A stretch of 64,000 nucleotides of DNA, taken from a bacterium (lineage in GTDB: Bacteria; Zhuqueibacterota; Zhuqueibacteria; Residuimicrobiales; Oceaniaggregativiventaceae). A program made the translations under genes and the position numbers. Positions 1 to 9,969 of this stretch are shown here, piece by piece. Below the pieces are notes generated by a model. The model did not search any database and was not told the DNA's origin. It saw only the letters and a list, made by a program, of their open reading frames with translations. The DNA lies in the NCBI GenBank assembly GCA_029565675.1, contig JAKQNP010000003.1, forward strand, positions 79,197 to 143,196, written 5' to 3'. Within the stretch, counting starts at the first letter, position 1. Each line of letters starts with the position of its first letter.

Positions 1-1930
1 AGGCGCTGATGCTTTTTTGCCGATAACGAGTGTTGTTGGCCAAATCGACGTCGAGCATGATTTTATGTTCCGGATCAACGGCTGCTTTTTGCACCCCGAC
101 CTCTCCGCTCCATTCGATGCGGTGCCATAGAGACTGGCCATCCCATTGATGCTTTATCGTCTCGCCGTTTTCCAAAGTGATTTCGATATCGACCGGCAAA
201 ATCACTTCACCTCGGCGCTGCACCACAATGCTGTTCCATAAAAGCTTCTCATCAGCTGTGGCCTTTTTGCTGGCTCCCGCTTCGTGTTCGCCAAAGAATC
301 CCTTCTCTGCGATTGCCGGTCTGGACTCGACTCTATCCACGGCATAATCGCAGCGAGATCCTGTTTGCAGGGCACGGTGTAAAAAGTCGTTCAGATCGAT
401 TGGGCTGATTTCTTTCACCACCTGGATGAAATCTTCTGGTTTGGGGTGAGCAAAACGAAACCGCTGGCTATAGGTCTTGATGATCTGACTAAAAGTTTCT
501 TCTCCGAGGATGCCTTCCAATGTCCACATTACGAGTGCAGCTTTGGTATAGCTGTTGGTCATATAGCTGCGGTGATCGATAAAAGCTGAGCTCGGCTGGT
601 CGATGATATCGCGGCCGTTCTGCGGCAGAAAGTCGCGCCATTGACGCAAACGCGCATGATAGGCCAATCCTGGTATGGTGAGCGGAATTCCAAACCCGTC
701 GAGTTTGAGATAAATCGATTGTTGCGGCAACAGGCCATAGGCGGCATTCATCGCTCGTGCTTCAGTAAAAGAGTTGATTCCTTCATCGAGCCAGGCATGT
801 TGCGCCTCGTTGTTGGCCACCATTCCATACCAAAACTGGTGTCCGCATTCATGTACGATCAGTGATTCCAGGCTGAGTGAAGCTCTATTCTCTTGGGTAA
901 CCTCAATGGTAAAGAGAGTGGGATATTCCATGCCGCCGATATTCGACCGCCATGGTGCATCCACGATGGTCAGATTTTGATACGGATAGGGAACCGTCCA
1001 TAGCCCATAATATTTGAGAGCATTTTCGGTTGCTTTGATGATCCGATCGGCCAGAGGTTCATTGAACGATTGTACCAATAAAATGAGCTCTACCGGAGGC
1101 AGTTCGGGATGTTGAAAGGTATGGCGTCGCATCCGGTAATTTTTACCCGCCATCCAAGCAAAATCGTGAACACAGTTTTGCGCAAAGCGATATTTGACAA
1201 AACCATCGCTCACCAGTGAGTCCTGCAAAACTCCGGTTGCGCCGACCTGATAACCGCTTGGAATCTCCAGGTCGACAGAAAACGAGCCAAAGTTGGCGTA
1301 AAACTCGCCGTCGCGATGGTAAGGTTCACAATGCCAAAGATCCTGTTCAAGAACGCCGATTTTGGGATACCATTGAGAGACAAAGAAAAAATTGTCCTGA
1401 TAACCCGAGCGCAGAATACTGCGCGGCAATTTGGTGGTAAAGTCAAAGTCCATAACTACACTCTCGCCGGCATTTATCGGCCGCGGCAGAGTCACACAAA
1501 AGACGGTTTCGTCGTCGTCAACTTTTCCGTTCGGAGTGCGATATTCCAGAGAAGGTCGCAAATCGATTTTTTGAAGATCCCGACCCAACTGGGCAGTGCA
1601 CGACTGAATGTCCATGTAGCCAAATTCATCATCCTGAAATTGCTCGATCTGGGACTTGCCCGGTTTGCTCCAACGCGCCTGTTCGCGAAACAACAGACTG
1701 GAGCTGTTTTTAAATGCATTCGGGTATGCATGAAAATATAGCTCGGCCACCGGACGTCCACCGGGATGAGTCCAGCGCAACATCAGTTTTCCTTCGACGG
1801 TTTTGAGCGATGGATTCAATTTTGCCGATATATGATAGTCGACCACCGACTGACACGCCGTAGGCTCGATCTGCGCCTTGGCCGAATTCAACAGCAAAAA
1901 AATACCAACAATAAAGCAAACCTTTTTCAT
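1..1930 (-). CDS. M1 family zinc metallopeptidase (aminopeptidase N-like), secreted; runs off the left edge
   Basis: Not in the ORF track. Translated by hand from ATG at 1930 (GGAG upstream) to about position 760: signal-like MKKVCFIVGIFLLLNSAKA, then QWYPK, GGMEYP, HECGHQFW (HExxH) and NNE..WLDEG. Continuation to the window edge is assumed. Confidence 0.9.
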   Translation of the reverse strand, partial: MKKVCFIVGIFLLLNSAKAQIEPTACQSVVDYHISAKLNPSLKTVEGKLMLRWTHPGGRPVAELYFHAYPNAFKNSSSLLFREQARWSKPGKSQIEQFQDDEFGYMDIQSCTAQLGRDLQKIDLRPSLEYRTPNGKVDDDETVFCVTLPRPINAGESVVMDFDFTTKLPRSILRSGYQDNFFFVSQWYPKIGVLEQDLWHCEPYHRDGEFYANFGSFSVDLEIPSGYQVGATGVLQDSLVSDGFVKYRFAQNCVHDFAWMAGKNYRMRRHTFQHPELPPVELILLVQSFNEPLADRIIKATENALKYYGLWTVPYPYQNLTIVDAPWRSNIGGMEYPTLFTIEVTQENRASLSLESLIVHECGHQFWYGMVANNEAQHAWLDEGINSFTEARAMNAAYGLLPQQSIYLKLDGFGIPLTIPGLAYHARLRQWRDFLPQNGRDIIDQPSSAFIDHRSYMTNSYTKAALVMWTLEGILGEETFSQIIKTYSQRFRFAHPKPEDFIQVVKEISPIDLNDFLHRALQTGSRCDYAVDRVESRPAIAEKGFFGEHEAGASKKATADEKLLWNSIVVQRRGEVILPVDIEITLENGETIKHQWDGQSLWHRIEWSGEVGVQKAAVDPEHKIMLDVDLANNTRYRQKSISA

Positions 1931-2078
1931 AGGCTCTCCAAAAATGATAACACTTTGCCAGTAAACCGCAGCCAGCCCTTCGAGTTAAAGCAGCAACGTT
2001 TCTTCTCCTGGCGATCAGAATGGGATAGAACGCCAGCAGCCCAGCGATTAAGGTACAAACAGATTGAGAAAATCGGGA

Positions 2079-2912
2079 TCATCGATCGCGCAGATTGACA
2101 ATATGATAGCCAAAATCGAACTGATGGCGATGCTGATGGGCAAACGCTTCTGCATCGCTTCGGGTCAAAAAGCGGCCAATCAATACTGCATAGAGGCGTT
2201 CTTTGGGATAGATTTCAACCTCGAATCCCTGTTCTGCCATTCGATCGGCTATCTGCTGAGCATTTTTGTGAACCTCAAATGCTCCGATTTGAATCCGATA
2301 AAAATCGCTGACAGTCTGAGGTTCCTGTTGCTGCCAAAGTTGGGAGGATTCGAGGTCCAATACAGCAACATCTACATAGGGCGAATGCGGGTACCTTTTG
2401 ATGAAACTTTTCAGAAAGGCACGTGCTGAATCGATCTCTCCCTTCGCCAACAACGTCTGACCATACAGAAAAACAGCATCATCTATCAAACTTGAACCGG
2501 GGTAACCCTTGATCATTTGAACATTCGTCTGCCTGCATTCATCGTATTGTCCCAGATGATAGCGATATTGTGCCAGGCGAAAGAGTGCCTGATCGGCATA
2601 TTCGCTTTGGAGAGCGGCAACCCGCTCATAGAGCTGGGCGGCGCGGCCGGCATCTTTTTCCATGATGGCCTGTAAAAATAGGACGGCAGGGTGGTTAGGG
2701 CGGCTCTGGCTGACCTGGGGCAATACCTTGGCAAGATCAGCAAAACGTTGCTCTTCATAAAGCTGTTTGATTACGTCAATCGGATCCGCGTGAACAGTTC
2801 TGAGCGGTGCAAAGAACCAAAATGCCATCAGTCCGACAAGAAAAGCGGTGTTGCACGATTTCAGCAGGGCAAAGGATACAGCGCCTCGCTTGCCGATCAC
2901 AGAGTCAATCAC
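2079..2912 (-). CDS. TPR-repeat (CpoB/BamD-like) protein with C-terminal SPOR peptidoglycan-binding domain
   Basis: N-terminal hydrophobic segment, TPR motifs (YPGSSLIDDAVFLYG, YPHSPY) and a SPOR signature YRIQIGAF..NA..LYAVLIGRF.TRSDAE. Confidence 0.8.
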   Translation of the reverse strand: MIDSVIGKRGAVSFALLKSCNTAFLVGLMAFWFFAPLRTVHADPIDVIKQLYEEQRFADLAKVLPQVSQSRPNHPAVLFLQAIMEKDAGRAAQLYERVAALQSEYADQALFRLAQYRYHLGQYDECRQTNVQMIKGYPGSSLIDDAVFLYGQTLLAKGEIDSARAFLKSFIKRYPHSPYVDVAVLDLESSQLWQQQEPQTVSDFYRIQIGAFEVHKNAQQIADRMAEQGFEVEIYPKERLYAVLIGRFLTRSDAEAFAHQHRHQFDFGYHIVNLRDR

Positions 2913-4059
2913 GGCTTATCTCCAGCGTATTCCATTTGGCACAGGAATGGCAGCGGGCACGGTATTCGTCTGCGACCGCACCGCAGGATGAACAGATATA
3001 GCGATGCTTGGCCACGAGCAAGTTGTTGGCCAACTCGCTGGCAAGCTCCATGGCAGTGTCACAGCGTCCGAGTTTGTTGTACAAACGAATCAGAATCATT
3101 TTGTGGTCGATGCGCGAGGGATCGCTTGCAATGGCTTGTTTGCATGCCTCAACAGCGCGCAAGAATTCACCTTTTTTCTCATAGATTTCAGCGAGACCAA
3201 GGTAGCCTTCGACGATTTCAGGGTGATCGCGGGTCAATTCCAAAAATACGGTCTGCAGATCACCAAAGTGGCCCAATTCGAACAAGGTTTGTCGTAGACG
3301 GGAAAATGCCAGAAAAGATTTCTCAGAATTGCTGCGAATAAACTTTTTTAAAACAACGAGCGCATCATTGGCGCGATTTTCGCGAACATAGCTGTCTGAA
3401 AGACTCAGATAGGCTGGCGTAAACGAGGGATTTTCCTTGATCGATTCGCGAAAACGCAACCGCGCATCATGCTCGCGTTTGAGATGAGTCAGCTGGACGC
3501 CTTGTTCATATTTGTAAGCGGCCATCTGTGTTTTCTTTTCCAATTTGTTCAGACGGCCATTTTTTTTGGTAATGTCATAGGCCCCCTGCCAATCGCCCAT
3601 CTCTTCATAGACCGCCAACTCTTTGCTCAATGCCCACTCGTCTTTGTGAGCGAGATCCAAAATTTGCTGTAAGACAACCTGTGCATTTTTCCATTCCTGA
3701 ACTGCAATATAATCCTCAGCAAGGGAACGCAAAATTGCCAGACGCTGCGTTTTTTTCAACGAGGGGCGGATCAGCAGATCTCGATGAATCTTGATTGCCT
3801 TCAGAGCATCACCTTCACTGCGCAAAATATCGCCGATTTTAAGATAGCCGTCGATATAATCTGTGTCGAGTCGCACAGTGCGGCGAAATTTCTCCAGAGC
3901 GCCGGTTTTATCTCCTGCGATCAGAGCATGCAAACCGGCGATATATTCAGACTGCGCTTCAACCTGTTGCCGGCTTTTATGCCGCCTTAAGAAGATCAGT
4001 AAGAACAGAATCAGCGTCCCTGTTAGAACAAGCAGCGGCAACAGCAACTCTTGATTCAT
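2905..4059 (-). CDS. lapB: Lipopolysaccharide assembly protein B (TPR + rubredoxin)
   Basis: N-terminal TM helix, YIAGL..L, TPR array and a C-terminal rubredoxin YICSSCG..CHSCAKWNT. Lies directly downstream of a lapA-like gene. Confidence 0.8.
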   Translation of the reverse strand: MNQELLLPLLVLTGTLILFLLIFLRRHKSRQQVEAQSEYIAGLHALIAGDKTGALEKFRRTVRLDTDYIDGYLKIGDILRSEGDALKAIKIHRDLLIRPSLKKTQRLAILRSLAEDYIAVQEWKNAQVVLQQILDLAHKDEWALSKELAVYEEMGDWQGAYDITKKNGRLNKLEKKTQMAAYKYEQGVQLTHLKREHDARLRFRESIKENPSFTPAYLSLSDSYVRENRANDALVVLKKFIRSNSEKSFLAFSRLRQTLFELGHFGDLQTVFLELTRDHPEIVEGYLGLAEIYEKKGEFLRAVEACKQAIASDPSRIDHKMILIRLYNKLGRCDTAMELASELANNLLVAKHRYICSSCGAVADEYRARCHSCAKWNTLEISRD

Positions 4060-4062
4060 TTC

Positions 4063-4416
4063 TTACTCCCCGGCCGTTTGCCTCGGTTTGGTTGCGGAAT
4101 CGGCGTGGTTTGGCTTTGGTATGACCGAATCGTCAATAGAGGCATTTCTCAGAGAATCTAACTCGAGGCGCAAATTCTTGCTTTCCTTGTGTTGCTTGTG
4201 CAATTGCCGTTTTAACGAGACAATTCTGCCAATCGATACAACCAGCCAAAAGAGCAAACCGGCAACAAAGGACGCGTACATCACCACCCACAAGGGCAGC
4301 TCGATCGATCGATATTGGTAAAATTGCACTGCGACTCTCTGGGTTGTATTCTGCATGGCAAAACCGATGATCAGAATGACAACCGCTGCGATCAAAAGCC
4401 ATTTAATCACCCACAT
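4063..4416 (-). CDS. lapA: LapA (DUF1049) family membrane protein
   Basis: Two TM helices with FAMQN..V...F...LPLWVV..SFVAG followed by a coiled coil; adjacent to lapB. Confidence 0.75.
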   Translation of the reverse strand: MWVIKWLLIAAVVILIIGFAMQNTTQRVAVQFYQYRSIELPLWVVMYASFVAGLLFWLVVSIGRIVSLKRQLHKQHKESKNLRLELDSLRNASIDDSVIPKPNHADSATKPRQTAGE

Positions 4417-4586
4417 TATGCCTCCAAGATGTTGAGCAATAATGTATGTTCCGGTTTTTACTCAGAATCGGTGCCGCGCACCGAATTCGGGTAGCTATTT
4501 GATTGATCCGATTGATTTCTGCGCTTCGCCTTGATGCGAAGGTCTTGTCGCAGCGTTATGCAATTTGTTGTAATGCAACAACTTTA

Positions 4587-4615
4587 AAAGTAAACAAATA
4601 ATTCAAGGATTTCAA
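4587..4615 (-). promoter_or_regulatory. Candidate sigma70 promoter for lapA-lapB
   Basis: Minus strand TTGAAA-17 nt-TACTTT, located downstream of the rpsA terminator. Confidence 0.45.
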
Positions 4616-4783
4616 CAACTAAATCGCCGGGTTGGAATTCTCCTGCTTTTTTTGAATGAATACAAGCCGGCGAATTGCCGGCAAAAAGAGATCGGTTCGT
4701 GCCCAGCAGAGCAAAACCTTGTGTTCCTCCAGCTTTGCAGCAGGCAAAGACACATCGCTAATAAAAATCGAGAGATTTCGGGT

Positions 4784-4817
4784 AAAAAAAAACTGCCCCG
4801 CTTTTTGGACGGGGCAG
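4784..4817 (-). terminator. Rho-independent terminator of rpsA
   Basis: Stem CTGCCCCG/CGGGGCAG followed on the minus strand by a run of nine T, just after the rpsA stop. Confidence 0.85.
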
Positions 4818-4839
4818 CTCTTTTGCGATCGGTGCAAGG

Positions 4840-6816
4840 CTATTCGGATGCTTGTTCTTCTGCCGGCGATTCTGCCTCGCCGGATTCTGGCTGGGCAGCT
4901 TTTTTGCTCTTTCTCCCGGAAGAAGCCTTCTTTTCGACAGGAGCCTCTTCGGACTTTTCCTCTGCCGCCACAGGCTCCTCTTTCGGAGCGGTCACAGCTG
5001 TTCCAGCTGCGGCTTCAGTCGACGGTTTGCGCGAAGCATCTTTTTCCGACAGAACGATCTTTTTGTTGTCTTTGTTGAATTCGATAACCGATAAAGTCAG
5101 AACATCATCGATTTGGTATTGATCCGCTGGTTTGCTGATATTTTCTTTAGCCAATTGGCTAAGCGGAACAAAACCATCGACGATTTCAGGCAGCTCGACG
5201 ATCAAACCTTTTTCGATCAACCGCACAACTTTGCCTTCGGTCAATGTACCTGGCTTGTAGCGATCTTCGAGCGTATCCCATGGATTGTCTTTGGTCTGCT
5301 TGTAGCCGAGGGAAATCCGGCGGTTGTTTTTGTCGACATTCAGAATAACGACTTCAACTTCTTCGCCTTTTTTTACCACCTCACCAGGATGACGGATCTT
5401 CTTGGTCCAGGACAGGTCGGAAATATGGATCAGACCGTCTATTCCCTCTTCCAGTTCCACAAACGCGCCAAAATTGGTCAAATTGCGAACGATGCCCTTA
5501 TGGGCGGTGCCCACCGGATATTTTTCGGACAGGGTTTCCCAGGGATCCGGCTCCAATTGCTTGAGCCCCAAAGAGATCTTGCGATCGTCCTTCTGAATGT
5601 TGAGAACTCTGACCTGGATGGTCTCACCGACGCTGAGTATCTTGGACGGATGCTTGATATGCTGAGTCCACGACATCTCCGAGATGTGAATCAGGCCTTC
5701 AACGCCTTTTTCGAGCTCGATAAAAGCGCCATAGTCGGAAATGCTGACGACTTTGCCTTTAACGGTCGAGCCGACCGGATACTTGGTCTCCACACCTTCC
5801 CATGGATGCGGCTGCAGCTGTTTGAGACCCAAAGAAATGCGGTCTTTGGCTTCATTGAAATCGAGCACAACGACCTTGATCTTTTGATCCAGGGAGACGA
5901 TCTCTGACGGATGCGAAACGCGTCCCCAGGAGAGATCGTTGATGTGCAGCAATCCATCGACACCGCCGAGATCGATAAAAACACCAAAGTCGGTGATATT
6001 CTTGACTGTGCCTTCGAGTATCTGACCGCGTTCGAGATCGCGCAAGATCTTTTCCCGCTGACCTTTTAATTCTTGCTCGACCAACACGCGATGGGAAACC
6101 ACGATATTCTTGCGCATATGGTTGACTTTAACGATCTTGAATTCCATATTCCGGCCGATGAGCGCATCGAAATCGCGGATCGGACGGACATCGATCTGCG
6201 AACCCGGCAGAAAAGCATCGACACCGCCCAGATCGACAACGATGCCTCCCTTGATGCGCCTGGCACAGCGGCCTTCAATAATTTCGCTGTTTTCATACTT
6301 GTTGATCAGCCGATCCCAGGCTTGCATAAAGTCAGCTTTCTTTTTCGACAACACCAGCAAGCCTTCTGCATCTTCGATGTCGTCGATATACACCTCAATA
6401 TTGTCCCCAACTATCACATCGCTGGGATCGGTAAATTCTTCAACCGGAACTGTTCCTTCCGACTTGAAGCCGATGTCGATCGAAACTTCCTTGTCATTGA
6501 CGGCCAAGACTTTGCCGACCACAACTTGCCCGACAGAAAAATCGGACATGGTTTCTTCGTACAATTTGGTCAGCGTTTCGTATTCCTGCTGCGAATACTC
6601 TTGCTCCAACTTGTCCAGTTCTGCAATATCCTGATAAATGGTCTCCTTGGCCTCGGCAGCTTTTTTGCCGATGCTTTTGGATTTGGTGATTTGGGCTTCT
6701 GCCTTTTTCGGAGCCTCTTCAACGATGGGCTGCTGCTCTTCGGCACCGGCTTCTTGGGCAGAGTTTTGCATGTTCAGATTTTCATCTGAGGTTTCGGGGT
6801 TGGTTTGTTTGTTCAT
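4840..6816 (-). CDS. rpsA: 30S ribosomal protein S1
   Basis: Six S1 repeats (FGVFIDLGGVDGLLHINDLSW, YGAFIELEKGVEGLIHISEMSW etc.), charged low-complexity tails and an AAGGAGGT SD. Confidence 0.97.
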   Translation of the reverse strand: MNKQTNPETSDENLNMQNSAQEAGAEEQQPIVEEAPKKAEAQITKSKSIGKKAAEAKETIYQDIAELDKLEQEYSQQEYETLTKLYEETMSDFSVGQVVVGKVLAVNDKEVSIDIGFKSEGTVPVEEFTDPSDVIVGDNIEVYIDDIEDAEGLLVLSKKKADFMQAWDRLINKYENSEIIEGRCARRIKGGIVVDLGGVDAFLPGSQIDVRPIRDFDALIGRNMEFKIVKVNHMRKNIVVSHRVLVEQELKGQREKILRDLERGQILEGTVKNITDFGVFIDLGGVDGLLHINDLSWGRVSHPSEIVSLDQKIKVVVLDFNEAKDRISLGLKQLQPHPWEGVETKYPVGSTVKGKVVSISDYGAFIELEKGVEGLIHISEMSWTQHIKHPSKILSVGETIQVRVLNIQKDDRKISLGLKQLEPDPWETLSEKYPVGTAHKGIVRNLTNFGAFVELEEGIDGLIHISDLSWTKKIRHPGEVVKKGEEVEVVILNVDKNNRRISLGYKQTKDNPWDTLEDRYKPGTLTEGKVVRLIEKGLIVELPEIVDGFVPLSQLAKENISKPADQYQIDDVLTLSVIEFNKDNKKIVLSEKDASRKPSTEAAAGTAVTAPKEEPVAAEEKSEEAPVEKKASSGRKSKKAAQPESGEAESPAEEQASE

Positions 6817-7014
6817 GATTTAATTGTTACCTCCTTTTTAGTGGATTTACGTCCTTAATGGACGGTTTGATAAGAAAAAGTTGCAACTGCCGCTGATTGC
6901 AGACTGCGCTGGTCGCTACAATAGTGGCAAACCGCATTCGGCAGCGTCTATCGCTCGACAAAACCTGCGGTTCAGTGTTAATCCGCAGTATTCTTTATCG
7001 ATATTGCTAAATGG

Positions 7015-7881
7015 CTATCCGGGCTTCGAAAATCGCTCTTGCAGCTCCTGCGCCACATTTTCGAGCTGCCAAATCGGGGTGGATAGGCCACCGGTTATAC
7101 CCACTGTTTCTGCGAGTTCAAACCATTCCGCTCGACACTCACCCGCTTCTTCAATCCGATAGGTGCGGCGATTGGTTTTTCTGCAAACATCATAGAGAAC
7201 GCCCGTATTCGAACTCGATTTCCCGCCGACAACCAAAACCACGTCAACCTGTCCGGCAAAGGTGCGCAAAAGATCATAGCGATTGTTCACAAAGCTGCAG
7301 GTGGTGTCCAGAACGACCGGATTAAAACCTCGTTCTTTCAGGGCATCCTGTACAGCAAAAAACAGCTCGCGTTTGACGGTCGTCTGGGCGATCAGCGCCA
7401 TTTTTCCGCCTGCCGCCAGAGCTTTTACATCTTCCGGCTTTTCAAGAACAAAAACTGGCCCACGGGCATGCCCGACCAGCCCGATCACTTCGGGATGCTC
7501 GCGTTTGCCGACGATTAAAACAACTGTACCCTCTCCGCTGAGCTGAGCAACCATTTTCTGCACACGGGCAACTTTTGGACAGGTGGCATCGACCACTTCG
7601 CTGGCCAATTCCTCGAGCCGACTGCGAGTCTGGGCGGCAAGTCCATGCGAACGAATCAAAACGCGATTTCCCCGCCACTCTTCCGATGGCGGTTTTCCGG
7701 CATCGCCCTGTTCAATCGTTTTCAAACCTTGACCAGCCAACCGCTCTACTTCGGCCGGGTTGTGCACCAACGGCCCATAGGCTAGAATTGTGCCTCCTTG
7801 CAGAGCTTTCTCAGCCAGGCGAATCGCCCGCTGAACTCCAGGACAAAATCCGGCGTGCGGATCGATCAGGAACTGCATCAT
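7015..7881 (-). CDS. ispH: 4-hydroxy-3-methylbut-2-enyl diphosphate reductase
   Basis: GFCPGV, LVHNP, RSHG, DATCPKV, HPEV, QTT, third Cys in DTTC, SSN and GITGGLSTP motifs; cmk-ispH-rpsA synteny. Confidence 0.93.
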   Translation of the reverse strand: MMQFLIDPHAGFCPGVQRAIRLAEKALQGGTILAYGPLVHNPAEVERLAGQGLKTIEQGDAGKPPSEEWRGNRVLIRSHGLAAQTRSRLEELASEVVDATCPKVARVQKMVAQLSGEGTVVLIVGKREHPEVIGLVGHARGPVFVLEKPEDVKALAAGGKMALIAQTTVKRELFFAVQDALKERGFNPVVLDTTCSFVNNRYDLLRTFAGQVDVVLVVGGKSSSNTGVLYDVCRKTNRRTYRIEEAGECRAEWFELAETVGITGGLSTPIWQLENVAQELQERFSKPG

Positions 7882-8567
7882 TCCATCCGCTCTTTCGCAA
7901 GGCGCACCACCCGATCAACTTGCTCATCGATGGTCAAATCGCCGGTATCAAGCTCCACCGCTCCCTTGGCACGGCGCAGCGGGCTGTGCTCGCGATTTGA
8001 GTCATTGGCATCGCGCAACAATAAAGCGCTGTAGATCGCTGCAAAATCCGCTTCCACGCCCTGCTCAGCCAATTCCGTTACCCGCCTTCGAGCTCGCACT
8101 TTGGCAGGAGCATTCAAATAGATTTTAAGATCGGCATTTGGGAAAACCACCGTTCCGATGTCGCGCCCCTCAGCCACCAGATTGCCGAGTTTGCCAAATA
8201 CCCGTTGTTTTTCCACCAAAATCTTGCGAACCACGGGATTGGCGGCAATCGGCGCAATAGCATTGGTAACATCGGGCAGGCGGATCTGCCGGGTGATATC
8301 CTGGCCATTGACAAAGATCAACTGTTTGCCATCCTGCTGACGAAAGTCGATTACCGCCTTTTCAGCCAGGACGGCAAGCGCGGATGAATCGTTCAAGGCG
8401 ACCTTGTTTTCCAGAGCCAACCAGGTCACCGCGCGATACATGGCACCCGAATCGAGAAAGAAAAATCCCAACCGTTGTGCAACTTTGCGGGCTGTGGTGC
8501 TCTTGCCCGAGCCAGCTGGACCGTCTATGGCAATGATAAAAAATTTACCTGCCTTTTTGCGCATCAT
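7878..8567 (-). CDS. cmk: Cytidylate kinase
   Basis: IAIDGPAGSGKST P-loop, LDSGAMYR and EGRDIGTVVFP. Confidence 0.96.
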   Translation of the reverse strand: MMRKKAGKFFIIAIDGPAGSGKSTTARKVAQRLGFFFLDSGAMYRAVTWLALENKVALNDSSALAVLAEKAVIDFRQQDGKQLIFVNGQDITRQIRLPDVTNAIAPIAANPVVRKILVEKQRVFGKLGNLVAEGRDIGTVVFPNADLKIYLNAPAKVRARRRVTELAEQGVEADFAAIYSALLLRDANDSNREHSPLRRAKGAVELDTGDLTIDEQVDRVVRLAKERME

Positions 8568-9292
8568 CGCGCCGCTCGTTTGGACAAGCCGACCGCATGC
8601 GACAATGCAGCCACTTCACCTCGAGTCAAATGGCGATAGCGGCCGCGCGCCAAATCACCGATCAGAAGTGGACCGAGTTGTATCCGCTTTAGGCTTTCGA
8701 CCTCATAACCGAGATGTTCGAACATCCGTCTGACCAATCGATTGCGCCCTTCGCGCACATGCAATTCCAACCGATGCGGGTCGCTGTTGTAAAAACCCGC
8801 ATCACAAGGTGCCGTCGGCCCATCCTCCAACTCCATGCCTTTGGCAAAGTGGGCCAGATCCTGGCGCTCAAATGGCCTCGCGAGTTTGACACGATAGACC
8901 TTGATCACTTGATACTTTGGATGCATGAGGCGATAGGCCATTTCGCCATCATCGGTCAGCAACACAAGACCATCGCTTTTGCCATCCAGACGGCCGACCG
9001 GGAAAAGACGAGCTTTCGATTTTACCAGATCGACCACCGTTTTACGGCCTCTTTCATCCTTGGCGCTGGTGATGTAGCCGCGCGGCTTGTTGAGCAGAAT
9101 ATAAGTGAAACGGCTTGCCGGCCGAACGATCTTGCCATCGACGGCAACCTGGTCATATTCCGGCTCGACCTGGGTTGCCAGAGATTCTACCTTTTTACCG
9201 TTCAAAGTGACGCGGGATTGGTTGATCAACTCCTCGACTTTGCGTCGAGCACCCAGTCCACAAAGCGCCAGATAACGGTTAATACGCACCAT
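8564..9292 (-). CDS. rluB: RsuA/RluB-family rRNA pseudouridine synthase
   Basis: N-terminal S4 domain, LNKPRG, PVGRLD catalytic Asp and EGRNR.VRRMF; scpA-scpB-rluB-cmk synteny. Confidence 0.85.
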   Translation of the reverse strand: MVRINRYLALCGLGARRKVEELINQSRVTLNGKKVESLATQVEPEYDQVAVDGKIVRPASRFTYILLNKPRGYITSAKDERGRKTVVDLVKSKARLFPVGRLDGKSDGLVLLTDDGEMAYRLMHPKYQVIKVYRVKLARPFERQDLAHFAKGMELEDGPTAPCDAGFYNSDPHRLELHVREGRNRLVRRMFEHLGYEVESLKRIQLGPLLIGDLARGRYRHLTRGEVAALSHAVGLSKRAAR

Positions 9293-9297
9293 TTCGG

Positions 9298-9969
9298 TTA
9301 ATTGTTCTCCTTTTCTGCCGCTGCATCGCCCGGCTCGACATCAGCTCCCTCAGTCGTGCTGGTCGCTTCTTCCTGCACTTTTTCTGCTTCGTCCTGCAAC
9401 AACTGCTCCTCAGGAATATTCTGCAGAATCTTGCCCCCCTCACCTTCAGCCAGCAATTGTTCGATTTCTTTTGGCTTGGGCAGCTCGCTGATGTCGTCGA
9501 TGCCGAAATATTTTAAAAACTCGGCAGTGGTGCGAAAAAGCAAAGCCCTTCCCGGGCCATCATCCCGGCCGCTGATATCGATCAGCCTTCTCTCCAACAA
9601 ACCTTTAATCACCCCATCGGAATCGACGCCGCGAATGGCATTGATCTCGACCCGACTTATAGGCTGTTTAAAGGCGATGATCGCCAGCGTTTCCAGAGCG
9701 GCTCGGCTCAAACGCGATCGCTCTTTGCCGCTAAACATCTTTTTAACGTACGGTGCATATTCCGGCCGTGTAGCCAGGATATAGCCGCCCGCAACTTTTT
9801 TCAAAAAAAAGGCCCGGTTCTGCAGCTCGTCCTGAAGACGCTGCAGCGCATCTTCGATCTCGGCACGTTCCACCCCTTCGACAATCGATTCCATTTGGCG
9901 AATCGACAGAGGCGAATCGGAAGCAAAAATGATCGATTCCAATATGTGTATCAAATCAATCTTATCCAT
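9298..9969 (-). CDS. scpB: SMC-Scp complex subunit ScpB
   Basis: LSRAALETLAIIAFKQP..R.EI..IRGV and GRALLFRTT..FL.YFG motifs. Confidence 0.95.
   Translation of the reverse strand: MDKIDLIHILESIIFASDSPLSIRQMESIVEGVERAEIEDALQRLQDELQNRAFFLKKVAGGYILATRPEYAPYVKKMFSGKERSRLSRAALETLAIIAFKQPISRVEINAIRGVDSDGVIKGLLERRLIDISGRDDGPGRALLFRTTAEFLKYFGIDDISELPKPKEIEQLLAEGEGGKILQNIPEEQLLQDEAEKVQEEATSTTEGADVEPGDAAAEKENN

Noticed and set aside
6817-7014. rpsA leader hairpins as a novel RNA
   Set aside because: Only short stems are visible, and structured rpsA leaders are expected; nothing specific can be claimed without alignments.
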